Source of the DNA: Saccostrea echinata
Lineage: Eukaryota
DNA length: 64,000 nucleotides
Direction: 5' to 3'
Assembly: GCF_033153115.1 (NCBI RefSeq)
Contig: NW_026889779.1
Location: 23,126,001 to 23,190,000, forward strand
Of the stretch, positions 36,901-49,100 are shown in pieces. The position numbers and the translations under genes were made by a program. The notes under the pieces are model-generated. The model was not told where the DNA came from. It did no database searches and saw nothing but the letters and a program-made list of their open reading frames with translations. How positions within the stretch are numbered: the first letter of the stretch is position 1; each line of letters begins with the position of its first letter.

Positions 36901-37842
36901 GCGTCATTTTTTGTTATCTTTGTGGTTGGCAAAACCGTTCAACGAACTACATGATGGCAAATCTTTACTTATGATAGAATAGAATGATCGGAGTGAGTGT
37001 TGAGTGAGAGAATTCATGGAAATCACCACAGGTCGACAATTTGGCCGAAAGAATGTACCTAAAGTAGAGAATTCTCTGCTAATTTTGGAGGATACAATAT
37101 ATAGCTCTCCAGGGATAAAATATAGAATACCTAAAGTAGAGAATTCTGCTGATCTTGGAGGATACAATATAGTTCTCCAGGGATAAAATATAGAATACCT
37201 AAAGTAGAGAATTCTGCTGATTTTGGAGGATACAATATAGCTCTCCAGGGATACAATGAAGGTGTTGGCTGTCATCCCCGTGAGCACAATAACCGGAATC
37301 AGTACCACCGCCAACATCTTTACCATCTGCTGCCGCTTACCGGCGTCCGTGATCGGGTTACCTGGTGAAAGATTTAGTAAATTACTCCAGTATCAATATT
37401 CACTTAAATAATTATTATTGTATGTATTTATTTTAAAAATAAAGGTCTTAGTTAAAAATCGAAAATCATTTTAATTTATTTTTATCTGGATCTTTTAAAA
37501 TCGAAGTCCAGTATACAAAATAATCATTAATGGAGTATGCAAACAAGAATTTTAACATTTTTCCTTTCTGTACAGAAATAAATGAAAAAGTTGTTCGCAC
37601 TTTATTCTACAGATTATGCTACAAAGATGCAGTTGTTAATATTTTCCGGTCCTACCTCGACAAACCTCCTCGCACCTGTTCCAATTCTGTCCAAGGTTTA
37701 ACATATCCATAATGGCCAGATTCAACTGTGATTGAGTCAGGGACTCCATGGAGCTGGCCAATGAGGGTTCCTTCTTCCCATCCCCGGGGCGGACCCGACC
37801 CCCGCGCTTCAGCCACGTCATCTTAGAGCTTACCTCAGCCAT
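33945..37842 (-). CDS. Membrane NIT (nitrate/nitrite-sensing) domain guanylyl cyclase (NIT-GC), ~673 aa, 9 exons
   Basis: Exons 37656-37842, 37199-37361, 35923-36807, 35531-35823, 35250-35387, 35003-35101, 34832-34920, 34288-34429, 33945-33970 (last exon tentative). 2022 nt, phase-consistent. TM1 [22 protein letters not shown]; NIT-like motifs IQRERDMS and [10 protein letters not shown]; TM2 [23 protein letters not shown]; signalling helix [14 protein letters not shown]; cyclase [40 protein letters not shown]. No kinase-homology domain. Confidence 0.88.
37056..37253 (-). repeat. 68-72-bp tandem repeat (3 copies) spanning the donor of NIT-GC exon 37199-37361
   Basis: tacctaaagtagagaattct(ct)gct…ttggaggatacaatata…ctccagggata, with donor-equivalent AC at 37057, 37129 and 37197. 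Confidence 0.92.
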
Positions 37843-38934
37843 TTATCTGGTAAAGAAATATCGGGGATGGTTTATTTTAGCTCTTACAATTCTTTTGCGC
37901 AGAGAAATTTGTCTCCTTATACTTTACAACTTCTCATTTTGCTGTAAATGAGATTATTTATTAGAAAATAAAAATAACATTAACGCATGGAAGAGTTAAG
38001 CCTTTTTTCACTTTGAACAGATATACATATAGAATTGACGACCCGGTAAATTTTTACATATTTAAAACGAATTCAGAAGTAAATATATTTAACTTTCCAG
38101 TTGATATACTAGTCTAACTGGATATATAAGAGACAATTAATTTCGATATTTTCTGTAATGGTTTGATTAGTACTCACAGAAGAGACCTGGCTGCTAAAAC
38201 ATTGTTTCAGAAGTTGTCTGTGTTGTAGATCTTTTGAGGTTGTGAAAGAACAGCAGAGATGATGGTGATGAAGAGGAAATAATAGAGGACTCTTAGCTGC
38301 CAATTACATTGGGTGATAACAGGACATTTTATTTAGCATGCAATCGGTGAAGTTCAATGTGCCAGGTAACCTTTAACCACAGTTAGGGTGAACAATACTT
38401 TACTATAAATTATTCAACTTCGTACAAAGGAATAAAACAAAATGCAATAAACTACTTTATATGACTTTAAAGATTTTTAGATATAATGTAATTTAAAGAG
38501 AAATTATGCTCTCTGATTAAGTCATGGCTTGCACTTATATACATTACACTGTACCATTGATGAAATTGCTTAATCATAAAAGTAGACAAGGACTTTCGTG
38601 ATATATACATGAGGCACGACTTTGTCATTTCTGAATCACATTAAAACTTCAATATTTGACTGTCCAAGAAATCAAATGTAATACTGACAATAATATGTAC
38701 GTACACATTCTCCCCTCCCAGAAACTCCCCTGAATTGCAAATCGGTTTAAAAGTGATAAGTAACACTTTCCGCCCTCTTTTCAAAAAATAAAGTCAAATT
38801 AATTATATAGATTTGATTCTGTCTTTTCTGATATACAGACTGTGAATGTGAGTATCTCACATTAGACACAGAGTATCTTTAGATAACCAGCAATTATCCC
38901 CCATCCAATCAAACTGGCATCACTTAGATGGTGA

Positions 38935-39660
38935 TGTATAGGTGAAGATAACAATTACAATGATCAGTTCAATAAATCTAGTGAACAAAACGAACAGGGC
39001 AAAACACGGACCCCTGAAAACACCAGAGGCGGGTCAGCTAGGTGCCTAGGAGGAGAAAGCATCCACTGTCGACCGGTCACCTCCGCCGTGAGTCCTATGT
39101 ATTGACTGGGTAGACGGATTACTCCGTAGTCAAATTTATTATAGAATCAATGATATAACAAATGTTATGAAACATGTCAAACAAATTCGACCCAACGATA
39201 GTGTTACATGTATTTACAAACAAGTTCATTATAATGACCGTAGAATTTGCGAAAAGCTTACTTTAAAATGGGGTTATAGAAATATTTGTAACATCAACTT
39301 ATTTGTCAGTAGCTTGCCTGCCATTGTTTAATATTGATCATACTCAGAGCATGCTCTTCAGTATTGAATAAGTTGGGAGACATAAATACTATATGCAGGC
39401 GATGTTGGAATATTACTTCATAAGTAAGGGAAAAGATGAAGTCATCTGTCATTTTATCACACAGTTTAGCCATAAGTTGGCCATTATCTTTAAAATCAGT
39501 AAAACATCCAAATATGAAACAGATCTGACAGTCTCTGTGGTGTCTTTTATTTGGAGTTCGAGTCGGCTCACTATTTGATAAAACGTCGTCAATATATTAA
39601 AATGTTGAGTTGAAGGCCACAGCAAAATTTTTCTTTTTCCGTAAAATTTTTAACGTACTT
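38935..39660 (-). mobile_element. Degenerate Penelope-like retroelement 3' fragment
   Basis: Minus-strand remnants AVAFNSTF*YIDDVLS and ELQIKDTTE, plus the conserved 3' module (ggcggaggtgaccggtcgacagtggatgctttctcctcctaggcacc). Confidence 0.75.
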
Positions 39661-40949
39661 GAATAAAAAGTAAGAACAAAATCTCTACATTCTTTTTATG
39701 TTAGCATATATATATAATAAATAACAAATATTTCACGCACACTGACAAGCACACCCACCCAGCCACAGGTGCAAAGCCTTGTGTGTGCAGAATCCTGCAT
39801 TAATTACTTTCCTTTCATGATAATCTGCTAGACATTCTGTATGATATGGTGCTCTTTACTTATTGTACCCTTTTAATAAAATTATTATAAGGCTTTTACT
39901 AAGATGGAATTCCAAATCTAAATTTAGAATTAAAAAACTTAAACACTTGCATAAACACAACGTCTTGTCTGGCAAAAAGGGACATGCAGATCCTTGACAG
40001 GTAAAATTAAATTGTATTTGACGTCAAATAATTTCATTTATTTTTGTGAAGGTTCTTGCTTTAAAAAGTTTTGATTTAAATTTATAAAGAAACTGGATGT
40101 ATTTGATATGATCCATTGAGTCCAGTCGAAAACTGCAACCAGGAAGTGGTTTTATATAATGCAGTGTTATCACAAACAAGTTTCTCCTAGCTACGCAAAA
40201 ATTTCGCAAGTGAAGAGAAAAATGTCCAAATGTAAAACAAACCCCTTGTTTTGTTAGCCATGTTTCATACATGTATCAAAAGTAAATTACTGCAAAAATT
40301 ACTTTCGCGCATGAATGGTTTCAACCAAAGCGTTCGTAGGACCAGATATGCGCACAGTGACTATAATTTTACTTAATATATATGTACAGAATATTTAGGT
40401 GTGCAAATGTGATATCATTAACGGGCCATTATGCCATACCATTATTACATTATTTTCTTAATAGTCAATTTTAAGGAATTCTTTGTTACACACAAATACT
40501 GCTTATGTATAAGCTAAGAGATGTGATTATACATGTATATTCCATTGACCTGTACGTCCGTTACTAAGAATGCTGAAAGGTATCGCTCCTAACATCATTA
40601 ACGTATATTTCGATAGAAAAAATACCTACTGCAGACCTTAGTTTGATTCTTAATGTTGCAAAATTGAAAATGTCAGACATTCTTTGGAAAAAAAGAACTG
40701 TTTACAATGCGGTTTGTCGACATCGAAACTTTAAGCTTTATATGGAATCATAATGTTCAATGCGTGGGTATAATAAGAAACAATTTACAAAAGTAAAATC
40801 ATATTAGAATACATTTCTTGTGACGCATATTATATCAAATTCTTAGAACTGAGCAACCAAATAAACATGCGGTGATCGAGTCCAGTCGTAAATTGCAACC
40901 AGGAAGTGGTTTTATCAATGCAGTGTTATTACAAACTTGTTTGTGATAT

Positions 40950-42165
40950 GCAGTGAAGGAGAAACTTCAGGTGTACTATACAACGGCATGTTCGAGAAGT
41001 GGTGTAAATCAGATGTGGATACTTAAACCTCCAAGGAAATTTGAGAAAATTTTAACAAAATCAATTACATCAAAACGTACGACTTTTCAACACTTAATAC
41101 AATCATTCCAAACGATAAATTAAAATCCAGGCTTTTAGACATCATAACTGCTTTTTCAATAAAAATGGAACTCGTAAATATACTTATTTCTTGTCACTGG
41201 TCATTTGCAAAATTATTTTGTTAAAAAGCATTCTGATTGTACACACAAATACTCTGAAGTTGATATTAAAAAGTTTCTGATTGACATAGTTTTTGGAGAT
41301 CAGTTCTTTCAACAATCTGTTGGAATTTCTATGGGTACCAATTGCAACCCCCTTGTTAGCAGGCCTACTTTTGTATTCATAAAAACAACATTTATCCAAA
41401 AACTTCTACACGAGAAAACGAAAACACTTGCTGTGGCCCTCAACTTGGCATTTAGAAATACCGGTATGGACGGCGTATTATCAATTAAAATTAGTTACTT
41501 CCATTCATATGTCGACTTGATATATCCCAGTGAGCTTTAAATGAAAGATACCACAGAGTCTGACACATCTGTTTAATATTTAGATATTTTACTTGAAAAA
41601 GTAAAATTAGAAAAATGGTAACCTAACAACAAAGCTTTATGATAAACGTGATGACTTCAATTTTTCAATCGTCAACTTTCCTTACTTATGTATTTGTATA
41701 CCCTTATCACCTGCTTATGGGGTTGTTGTCTCCCAGTTGATTTGATACGTAAGAACATGTTCTTCGTATGAACAATTTCTAAAACGAGGCAAGCTATTGA
41801 CAAACAAGTTGATGAAACAAGGATATCAATAGTCTCGTTTGAAGAATTATTTCGCAAGTATTATCGTCGATACAATGACCTTGTCAGCAAATACAACCTA
41901 TCATTGTGTCAAATGCTGATTGACTTTTCATACTAATTGTTAGGCCATTATTTACACACTGAATTGTCCACGATTTTTTCCTTTTTTCCCGATAATGACA
42001 AGGAGCACACGGCGGGTGTCTCCGGTCGACAGGGGATGATCATTCCTCTATGGCACCTGATCACACCTCTTATGTTTTTGGAGGTTGTGTTTGCTCTGCT
42101 CCCGATTTGTATTGTCTAATTGGTCTTTGCGCTTGAAAACTGTTATCTCTATATTTCATTCCTTA
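40950..42165 (+). mobile_element. Degenerate Penelope-like retroelement (RT region + 3' end)
   Basis: VKEKLQ…SRSGVNQMWIL, TYDFSTLNT, FQQSVGISMGTNC and DKRDDFNFSIVNFPYL, broken by stops and frameshifts, followed by the conserved 3' module at ~42005-42100. Confidence 0.85.
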
Positions 42166-42254
42166 CAATAAGGTGACTTTAAAACTACATGTTATTTTCA
42201 CCTTCTACTACAATTTTATAGAGAAAGTGGGGTGTTTCTGACATAGGAATGTCA

Positions 42255-42480
42255 AAGTAAAAGGTTATAACAAGCAGTGATGAATCTAATAAATTCAGTA
42301 AACAAAACGAATCGTGAACAGGACACGGACCCTTGGAAACACTAGTGTTGGACCAGGTGCCTAGGAGGAGTAAGCATCCCCTGTTGACCGCTATGAGGCC
42401 TGTGTTTTGATCAGGTAGACTGAGTACTCTGTAGTCAAATTTAGTAAAGACAAAGACTGTGAAACATGTCAGACAAAATA
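42255..42480 (-). mobile_element. Short Penelope-like 3'-end fragment
   Basis: ggacacggacccttgg…caggtgcctaggaggagtaagcatcccctgttgaccg is the reverse complement of the shared 3' module. Confidence 0.65.
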
Positions 42481-42714
42481 AGGTAGTATGTCTGTTTATG
42501 CATTTTCTTAACGATACTGTAGCATTAATTTTTTTTTGGAGTGCAGGTCACATCACTTTAAAATCTTAACCCAGATTAGGAGTGTTTAGATAACATGATG
42601 AAAGGTATATCTAACTTAATATAAATGTTTATTGATGGAATCCAAATATAAAATGAACGAAATGGTTCACCATAATGGGCGTATTGCAATGTGATCTACC
42701 TGGGTGAGCGGAGC

Positions 42715-42847
42715 TGACTCACAAAGAAAACATCTATAATGCGAATCTCAATATATCTATCTTTGACCTTCATTGACGTCTTGTATAGAGAATTAATGGT
42801 ATAAAATTACTTGGAAAGCCCGAAAAGAAACGAAAGTTGGGTATTCC
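42715..42847 (+). promoter_or_regulatory. Candidate inducible promoter/enhancer: AP-1, CRE-like, two kB-like and one ISRE/IRF-like motif
   Basis: TGACTCA 42715-42721; TGACGTC ~42774; GGAAAGCCC 42813-42821 (= GGGCTTTCC); GAAAAGAAACGAAAGT 42822-42837; GGGTATTCC 42839-42847. The cluster ends ~330 bp upstream of the kinase-like ATG. Motif match only. Confidence 0.4.
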
Positions 42848-43178
42848 ATAGATCTGAATACCGTGCAATTTAGATGAGATTTACCTGCGTGGTTTTCTTA
42901 AATACGATCTGATATTGGTTTTTAATATACCTTGTTTATCTGCAGAAAATATGTTTCTACCGAGAAAAACCCAAAACGTTATGGCCATTTTATTAAACCG
43001 AGAAAGAATAGTTGGAAAAATCAACACAGAAGTTCATTTTTCTCTCTGATTATAGCATTTTCTTGTTGCTTTGTCTGGCGGGTGAATTTCAAAAATAATG
43101 GTGAAAATGCATTATCCATGTACATGAATAATCGTTAAATAAATATATTTATTTTGTAGATAACAGTAAGATATCATT

Positions 43179-46100
43179 ATGACTGACAAAAATAAAGATT
43201 ATGAATACGTGTATCCTGAGATAGAGGATCCATTTGTCAGTGTGGAGACCTGCAGAAAAACGGACAAAACCGAACCACAGATATTACAAAGTCTGATCTC
43301 CCAGGAGAATGGTTAGTTATGGAAAAAACTATCAGTAGCAATATTCTTCAATATTAGTCAACAAGTAACAAGCTAGAGAATTAAAATATTAATAAAACAA
43401 TTAATTTTAAAAAATTCTTTATCAGTAAAATCCGTAAATTGGGAGAAAAATAGGTATGTATGCATAGGACCATTTTCATAAAAATCATAATCTTATAATA
43501 GATTCATTTACACATTGACATAATATTTTATGCCTCACTCTTTTATATACAATAATATTTAATATGGAAACAAAATGTTAATTAGTACTGATTGACTGAT
43601 CACCGGTAGCTTATTGTACATGTAGTACAGTAGAAGAATAACAAACAAGGCAGTACCTAACGGAATTTGTAGATCACTATGTCCTGTGTGTTATCAAAGT
43701 TGGTAATTTACATATACATTAAAGCTATATATGGCGTATCTGAGCTAAAAAAATACGAGATTGAGTGTAGATGAACATGATATTTGTTATTTACGTTCAA
43801 ATTAATTTTTTTTTACCCCGCGTTTTAATAGTTAAATTGACTTTAAACTGTGTCTGATATCTAAATGCGGAGTCGGTAAATAAATCGGTCATTGTTTTAA
43901 ATTTCTAATATCTATGAAACGCGATTGATTTAAATTGTGTAATTTACAGGAAAGTCCTATCTTTATATAAAGTAATAAAACAAATAGAACTAATCTTTTT
44001 AATTTTAGTTAGTCTGAACTTATCAAAAATACGCCACATATGACTTTAATTATTCCCTTCAGAAGATAATTTAACTAGTTTTCTAGTAGTATTATTTGGA
44101 TTGGAATATTTTATAAACATTTATTACATACTTAGTAATAAATACAGGATTTTTGCATATGTGATATGCCTGACGTCACAATAGCCACTGTACTACATGT
44201 ACAATAGCAGGGCTGATATGGATCTGCAGGGCTGATACGGATCAATATCACACCCCTGGTAAATTAAACCTCAAAAAACAGTACTTGTGCAGGGCTCTAA
44301 TTGTCGACTAATTTCGTCGCCATGGTGCCTAAAAATTATGATTGGCGCCTAAATATTTTCTATAAGTCGCCAAATTGGCGACCATTTTGAATTTACTTGG
44401 TGTTCGTCAAATTACTGACCTTTAAACATTTTCAATTTTTATTTTATAAAGAGCAGAAAAAAATTCAAAAAGTTAGCAAAGGACATATCTCTATATATTG
44501 ACTAATATCAGTTTTAAAATTGATGCCTAAGAAAAATTAGCATTGGCGACTAATTTATTTTGATTAGGGGCCAGTTGGCGCCTAAATTCTAGAAGTCACA
44601 TATAGAGGCCTGTTGTGGTGACACACATACCGATATTTTTTTTTTTTTTTTTTTGGAACACATTCTTTCTGTTCTTTAATACAATAAGCCATGTGCCTGT
44701 TAGAAGTCAGTGCATGATTATTTAATTGTTTTTTTTCTCAAATTGATGTGTGCTGTATTTTATTACTAAGTATGTAATAAACATAATAAAACATGCCCTT
44801 GTCCACATCACATCCTGTATCAGCCCTCGACCAACATCAGCCCTGAGGCCTTCGGCCCTCTGGCTGATATTGGTGTCTCGGGCTGATACAGGATGTGATA
44901 TGGAAAAGGGTATGTTTTACTCTCTCTATATATAGTGTTATCACGTATTCCCACCCTTGTTTATGCAAAGGTACACAGTTAATAGATATAAATCAGTTGA
45001 TTTTGTACTGATACAATACATTATACTTAGTTTAGTCAAAGGTAAGAAAATTTCGAAAATTGCAAAATGTGAAGCCTAACAGAAGAAATTGAGTTAATTA
45101 CAGATCATTTTGATGATCCTTACATTTCTAGAATAAAATAAATGCATGAACATGAAGGGGACATCATTCGTAGAATCAATTGGAATTTAAACAAGCTTTG
45201 TTCACTAAGAAACTTTGTTGTTCAGCAAGTTTCACCCAATTTGCAGAGATGCTGTCATATGCGGTTAATCAAGACCTTACGATAATGCATGCATATATAA
45301 CGTTTTGATATATATGTCTAAAGTAAAGAATTTTGTTTTGATTTGATTTAAGCTCATAATTATATGTTTTTGGGCAATTTCACATGTAACGAGTTACCAC
45401 TATGCTCTCTTTTCAAAGATGCAGTTGTTAAGATTTTCAAACTTTGTACTGTGATTTAATTTTTCGTATATTTGTATCGATTAGGCATATTAGGCTAATG
45501 CACAAGAATGTTTTTTTTTATATAATCGTTCATCCTACCAAACCAACAAATTTTTTAGGAAACATCAAAGACTTGACTGCCGAAGATTTTATTTCATTTC
45601 TGGAAAATATTCAGGGAACAGTAGAAAAAGATTACCTGAGATGTGCAGAAACACTTTTACTACCAAAACTACAAAAATCCAAAGACATGACATCGCTCTC
45701 AAAGCTGCTTTCCATTGACGAAAGTAAATTTCAGAATTGTGTTTTGAGATCTCTTCAAAAATTATTCATGGAGATGGATCTAAATGAATACTCGGTGGAA
45801 GTCATTCAAGTGTGTCTGAAAAATGTCGCACAACTTTTACAAAAATCACAAGAGGAAGATTCTCTTCAAACAATTATAATGACGCTACAAACAGTACTTA
45901 GAAGTTGTGCAATAGCTGTAATGCTCCATTGCTCCTACAGAAAGGAAAAGAAAACTGTGTTTAACAGCATAACTAAGAGTTTGGAGACAATAGAGAAGAT
46001 GTGGAAGATCGGAATTTCTAGAAGGAAAATAAAAAACGAGGAACCATTAAATTACCAAATGGTTCAGGGGAGTTTGGCTCTCGTGGCGTCTATGGGGAAA

Positions 46101-49100
46101 TTTAAGTATGGGAAATTTTTAAAAGATGTTTTTCAAAATTTGGATGATTCTTTCACCTCCTCGGACCAAGAGGTGTCACTTGGGAAGATCGGAATTAGTG
46201 GACCTGTTGCCGAGCAATACGTTATTATTCTGGGAATTTTGACAAAGGTTTGAAATCAGTTTTTGAACATTAAATATCTTTTCAATTGTCTAGGTAGCTT
46301 GCTGAATAGTACATTTATTGCATGAACTTCCTTTCTAGATGACAAGCAATCCACGACAAATGTGTGAGAAGTTCGTTAGTTTTCTGCGTCCAATACTTCA
46401 TCAAAAACATATGGAAAAGAGATGGACAGAACCTGAGTTCAAGCAACTTAGATATCTTGTTATTTGTGGCATAGCATTTGTAGCAAGAAAATGTATGTAT
46501 CATATATGCCAAATCAGCTCATTCCTTCATTAAATAATTGAATAACCCAATATATACCAAATGTAACAAATTGTACTAACTCTATTTTGTTGTAGTTTCT
46601 CAAATAGAAACAGGGCGTGTTCACAATATCAATCTTTGTGCACCTGATCAACAACTTGTCCCCGAAGAAATGTCTGACTTTCTGTTGTCCGTAAACACAA
46701 AAGTTGCACAACCAATTATTTCTTGCTTGAATCTGTCCGAGGGAACGATGATTCAGCTGGCCGAGTCCTATATTGGGAGAGCAATTCCGGGGCTGGTTGT
46801 TCATAACCAAGATCGTAGAAATCTCCCAAAATTGTCAGATCATTCTCACTGGATGGTATCCGGAGGTCGACTGTTTAAAAACTTGGTGCGTATAGCAATT
46901 AGAGTGCCAGGAATATCGGGTATTCAGATTCAAAATTGCAAGAATCCGATCGAAAGCAAACAATTACTGAATGAATTTGATGTAATAAAGACATTACAAG
47001 GAGACAAAATTCATGTGAATATTGTGAAAATGTTTGCATTCAACCCTAATCCCAGTCCAATACCATTTTACGTCATTGAAAGTTTTCAAACATTTCTTAT
47101 CGATAAACTTCTGCATGCAAGAAAACGCCAAGAGTTTCTTTCACAGGATTGGATGAACAACCGGTTTTTGGACATTGCAAGTGCCATCGATTTCCTTCAT
47201 CAGAAGAAAATTATACACAGGGATATAACCATAAACTCTTTTGCAATAAGGGAGTACCCGTCTAATGGTCACGAGAAAGCTGTTCTCTGTAGCCTTGAGA
47301 TGGCATGCTCAAACGACATCGAAGCATCAGCAAACACTGGACATATAGGGGGTCAGTAATAGGGAGCTCTATGAACTTTTTTTTTGATTTCGTAGATTTT
47401 CTTTTCGTTTAAAAAAGACAACAAGTACTATAATATTTTTAAGAACAAGAGACGTTAATTATGAGGTGTTATAAAAGTATCTCATTCTTTTAACCAGATA
47501 TTCATGGAGAGAACATTCCAACAAGATGGTCAGCTCCAGAATCACTATGGGATGATAAATACGATGTTTATACTGACATCTGGATGATCGGTCACGTGAT
47601 CCATACACTGTTCACTTACGGCTGTGAGCCATACACGGAGTTATACAGTGAAACAACTGACGATATCATGGCTAAGGTCGTTTCCTGTGGACTGAAACCG
47701 TACAAATGGCGATGTGTTCCTCTTCCTTACCATCAACTTGCCACCGAGTGTCTGCACTTTGACAGGAGAAAAAGAACACCAATAGATAAAATGTGTCAAC
47801 GGTTAAAAGAAATGAGAAAGAATCAAGAACATTTGCGGAAATCTTGTAAGCATGAAAGATATTTTATTGATCGTCTAAACATTAAATTTGGATAAGCAGA
47901 TTTCAAACTTTCGTTAGATAAATTTTCTATCAATGTGTAACAATTTTTCAATACGGTATTTCTCTATGCTTTTATAATCTGATTTTGATAAAACTTGCTA
48001 GTTTCCAAATGCTTCTTCGACAGTTTTGGTTCTATTTATGCCAAACCTGGTACATATGAGACTACATTAAGATACATAATTCTCTACAAAGAGTTGTGAT
48101 TTCGAAAAATGATATTTCTATGATAATAATCCTGAAAATTTCTATGAAAATTTTTCATATCGCTATTTCGCCTATACATTTGATCATATTAAAAGCAGGT
48201 CCGCGTCAACGGTTTCAAAAGGGGAGGGGGAGCAAAATTATCTGACAAGCAAATTTCATCTATCAGTTTTTAATTTTGACTGAGTTGTTATGATTACTAA
48301 AGGATTATGTGAAATTCTTTCAAAGCGATTCTCCTCTTACAGTTTGGTCCAATTTTTATAAAGTATAACACACACTTAGGTGATTCTAGGATGAAATGTG
48401 AAAATAACGATCAGAAATCATGCTCAAAAGTCCAAATGTAAAAAATAAAAATGAAGAGCAGTCTCCAAGGACTACGTAGATACTATTAGTGCAGAACTCT
48501 AGCATCTTTTTTTTTAAAGTGTAGGATCAGAATGACTTTTGGCACAATTTCAGAGAGTTTCATTTTTCTTGAAGCAGTAGTCAATGGTATTGTCATGTTG
48601 TAAATTTTGAATCTACCGGGTGGCAGTAAATACAAAATTTTCAATGTAAATTTTGTATTTACTGCCACACGGTAAATTCCAAATTTACAACATGACAGTA
48701 TCGAAAAGCCTTGTTTTTCATTTATCTTCTTGGAGAGTAGTTTTATAAAGTGTTGAAAAGTCAAAACATTTAGATATTATTGATTCGGCAAAATTTTGTA
48801 ATCTGAAAGTTTTCTAAAGTAGTTTTTTAAACTATATTATTAATATTATATTTGATTAACAGTCCACTTTTCGAATATGTTGTTGCACAATACTGCTGAA
48901 GTTTCTCCTTCATTGCTGTTAATATTTTTGTGAGGAGTAAAGGAAGAGGCTTTTTTTTTATTTAGATAAAATTGTATATCTGATGGTATTAGACGAACAA
49001 TGTTGCCTGTTGTTGGTTTATAGAAATTTCTATTAAATGCTTTCATAATGTTACTTTTCTGAAAGTTTTGACTCGTTTTCAATAAAACTTGCTTATTATC

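Noticed and set aside
33945-37842. Natriuretic-peptide receptor or soluble H-NOX guanylyl cyclase
   Set aside because: Two TM segments flank a NIT-like region. There is no kinase-homology domain and no H-NOX/PAS region.
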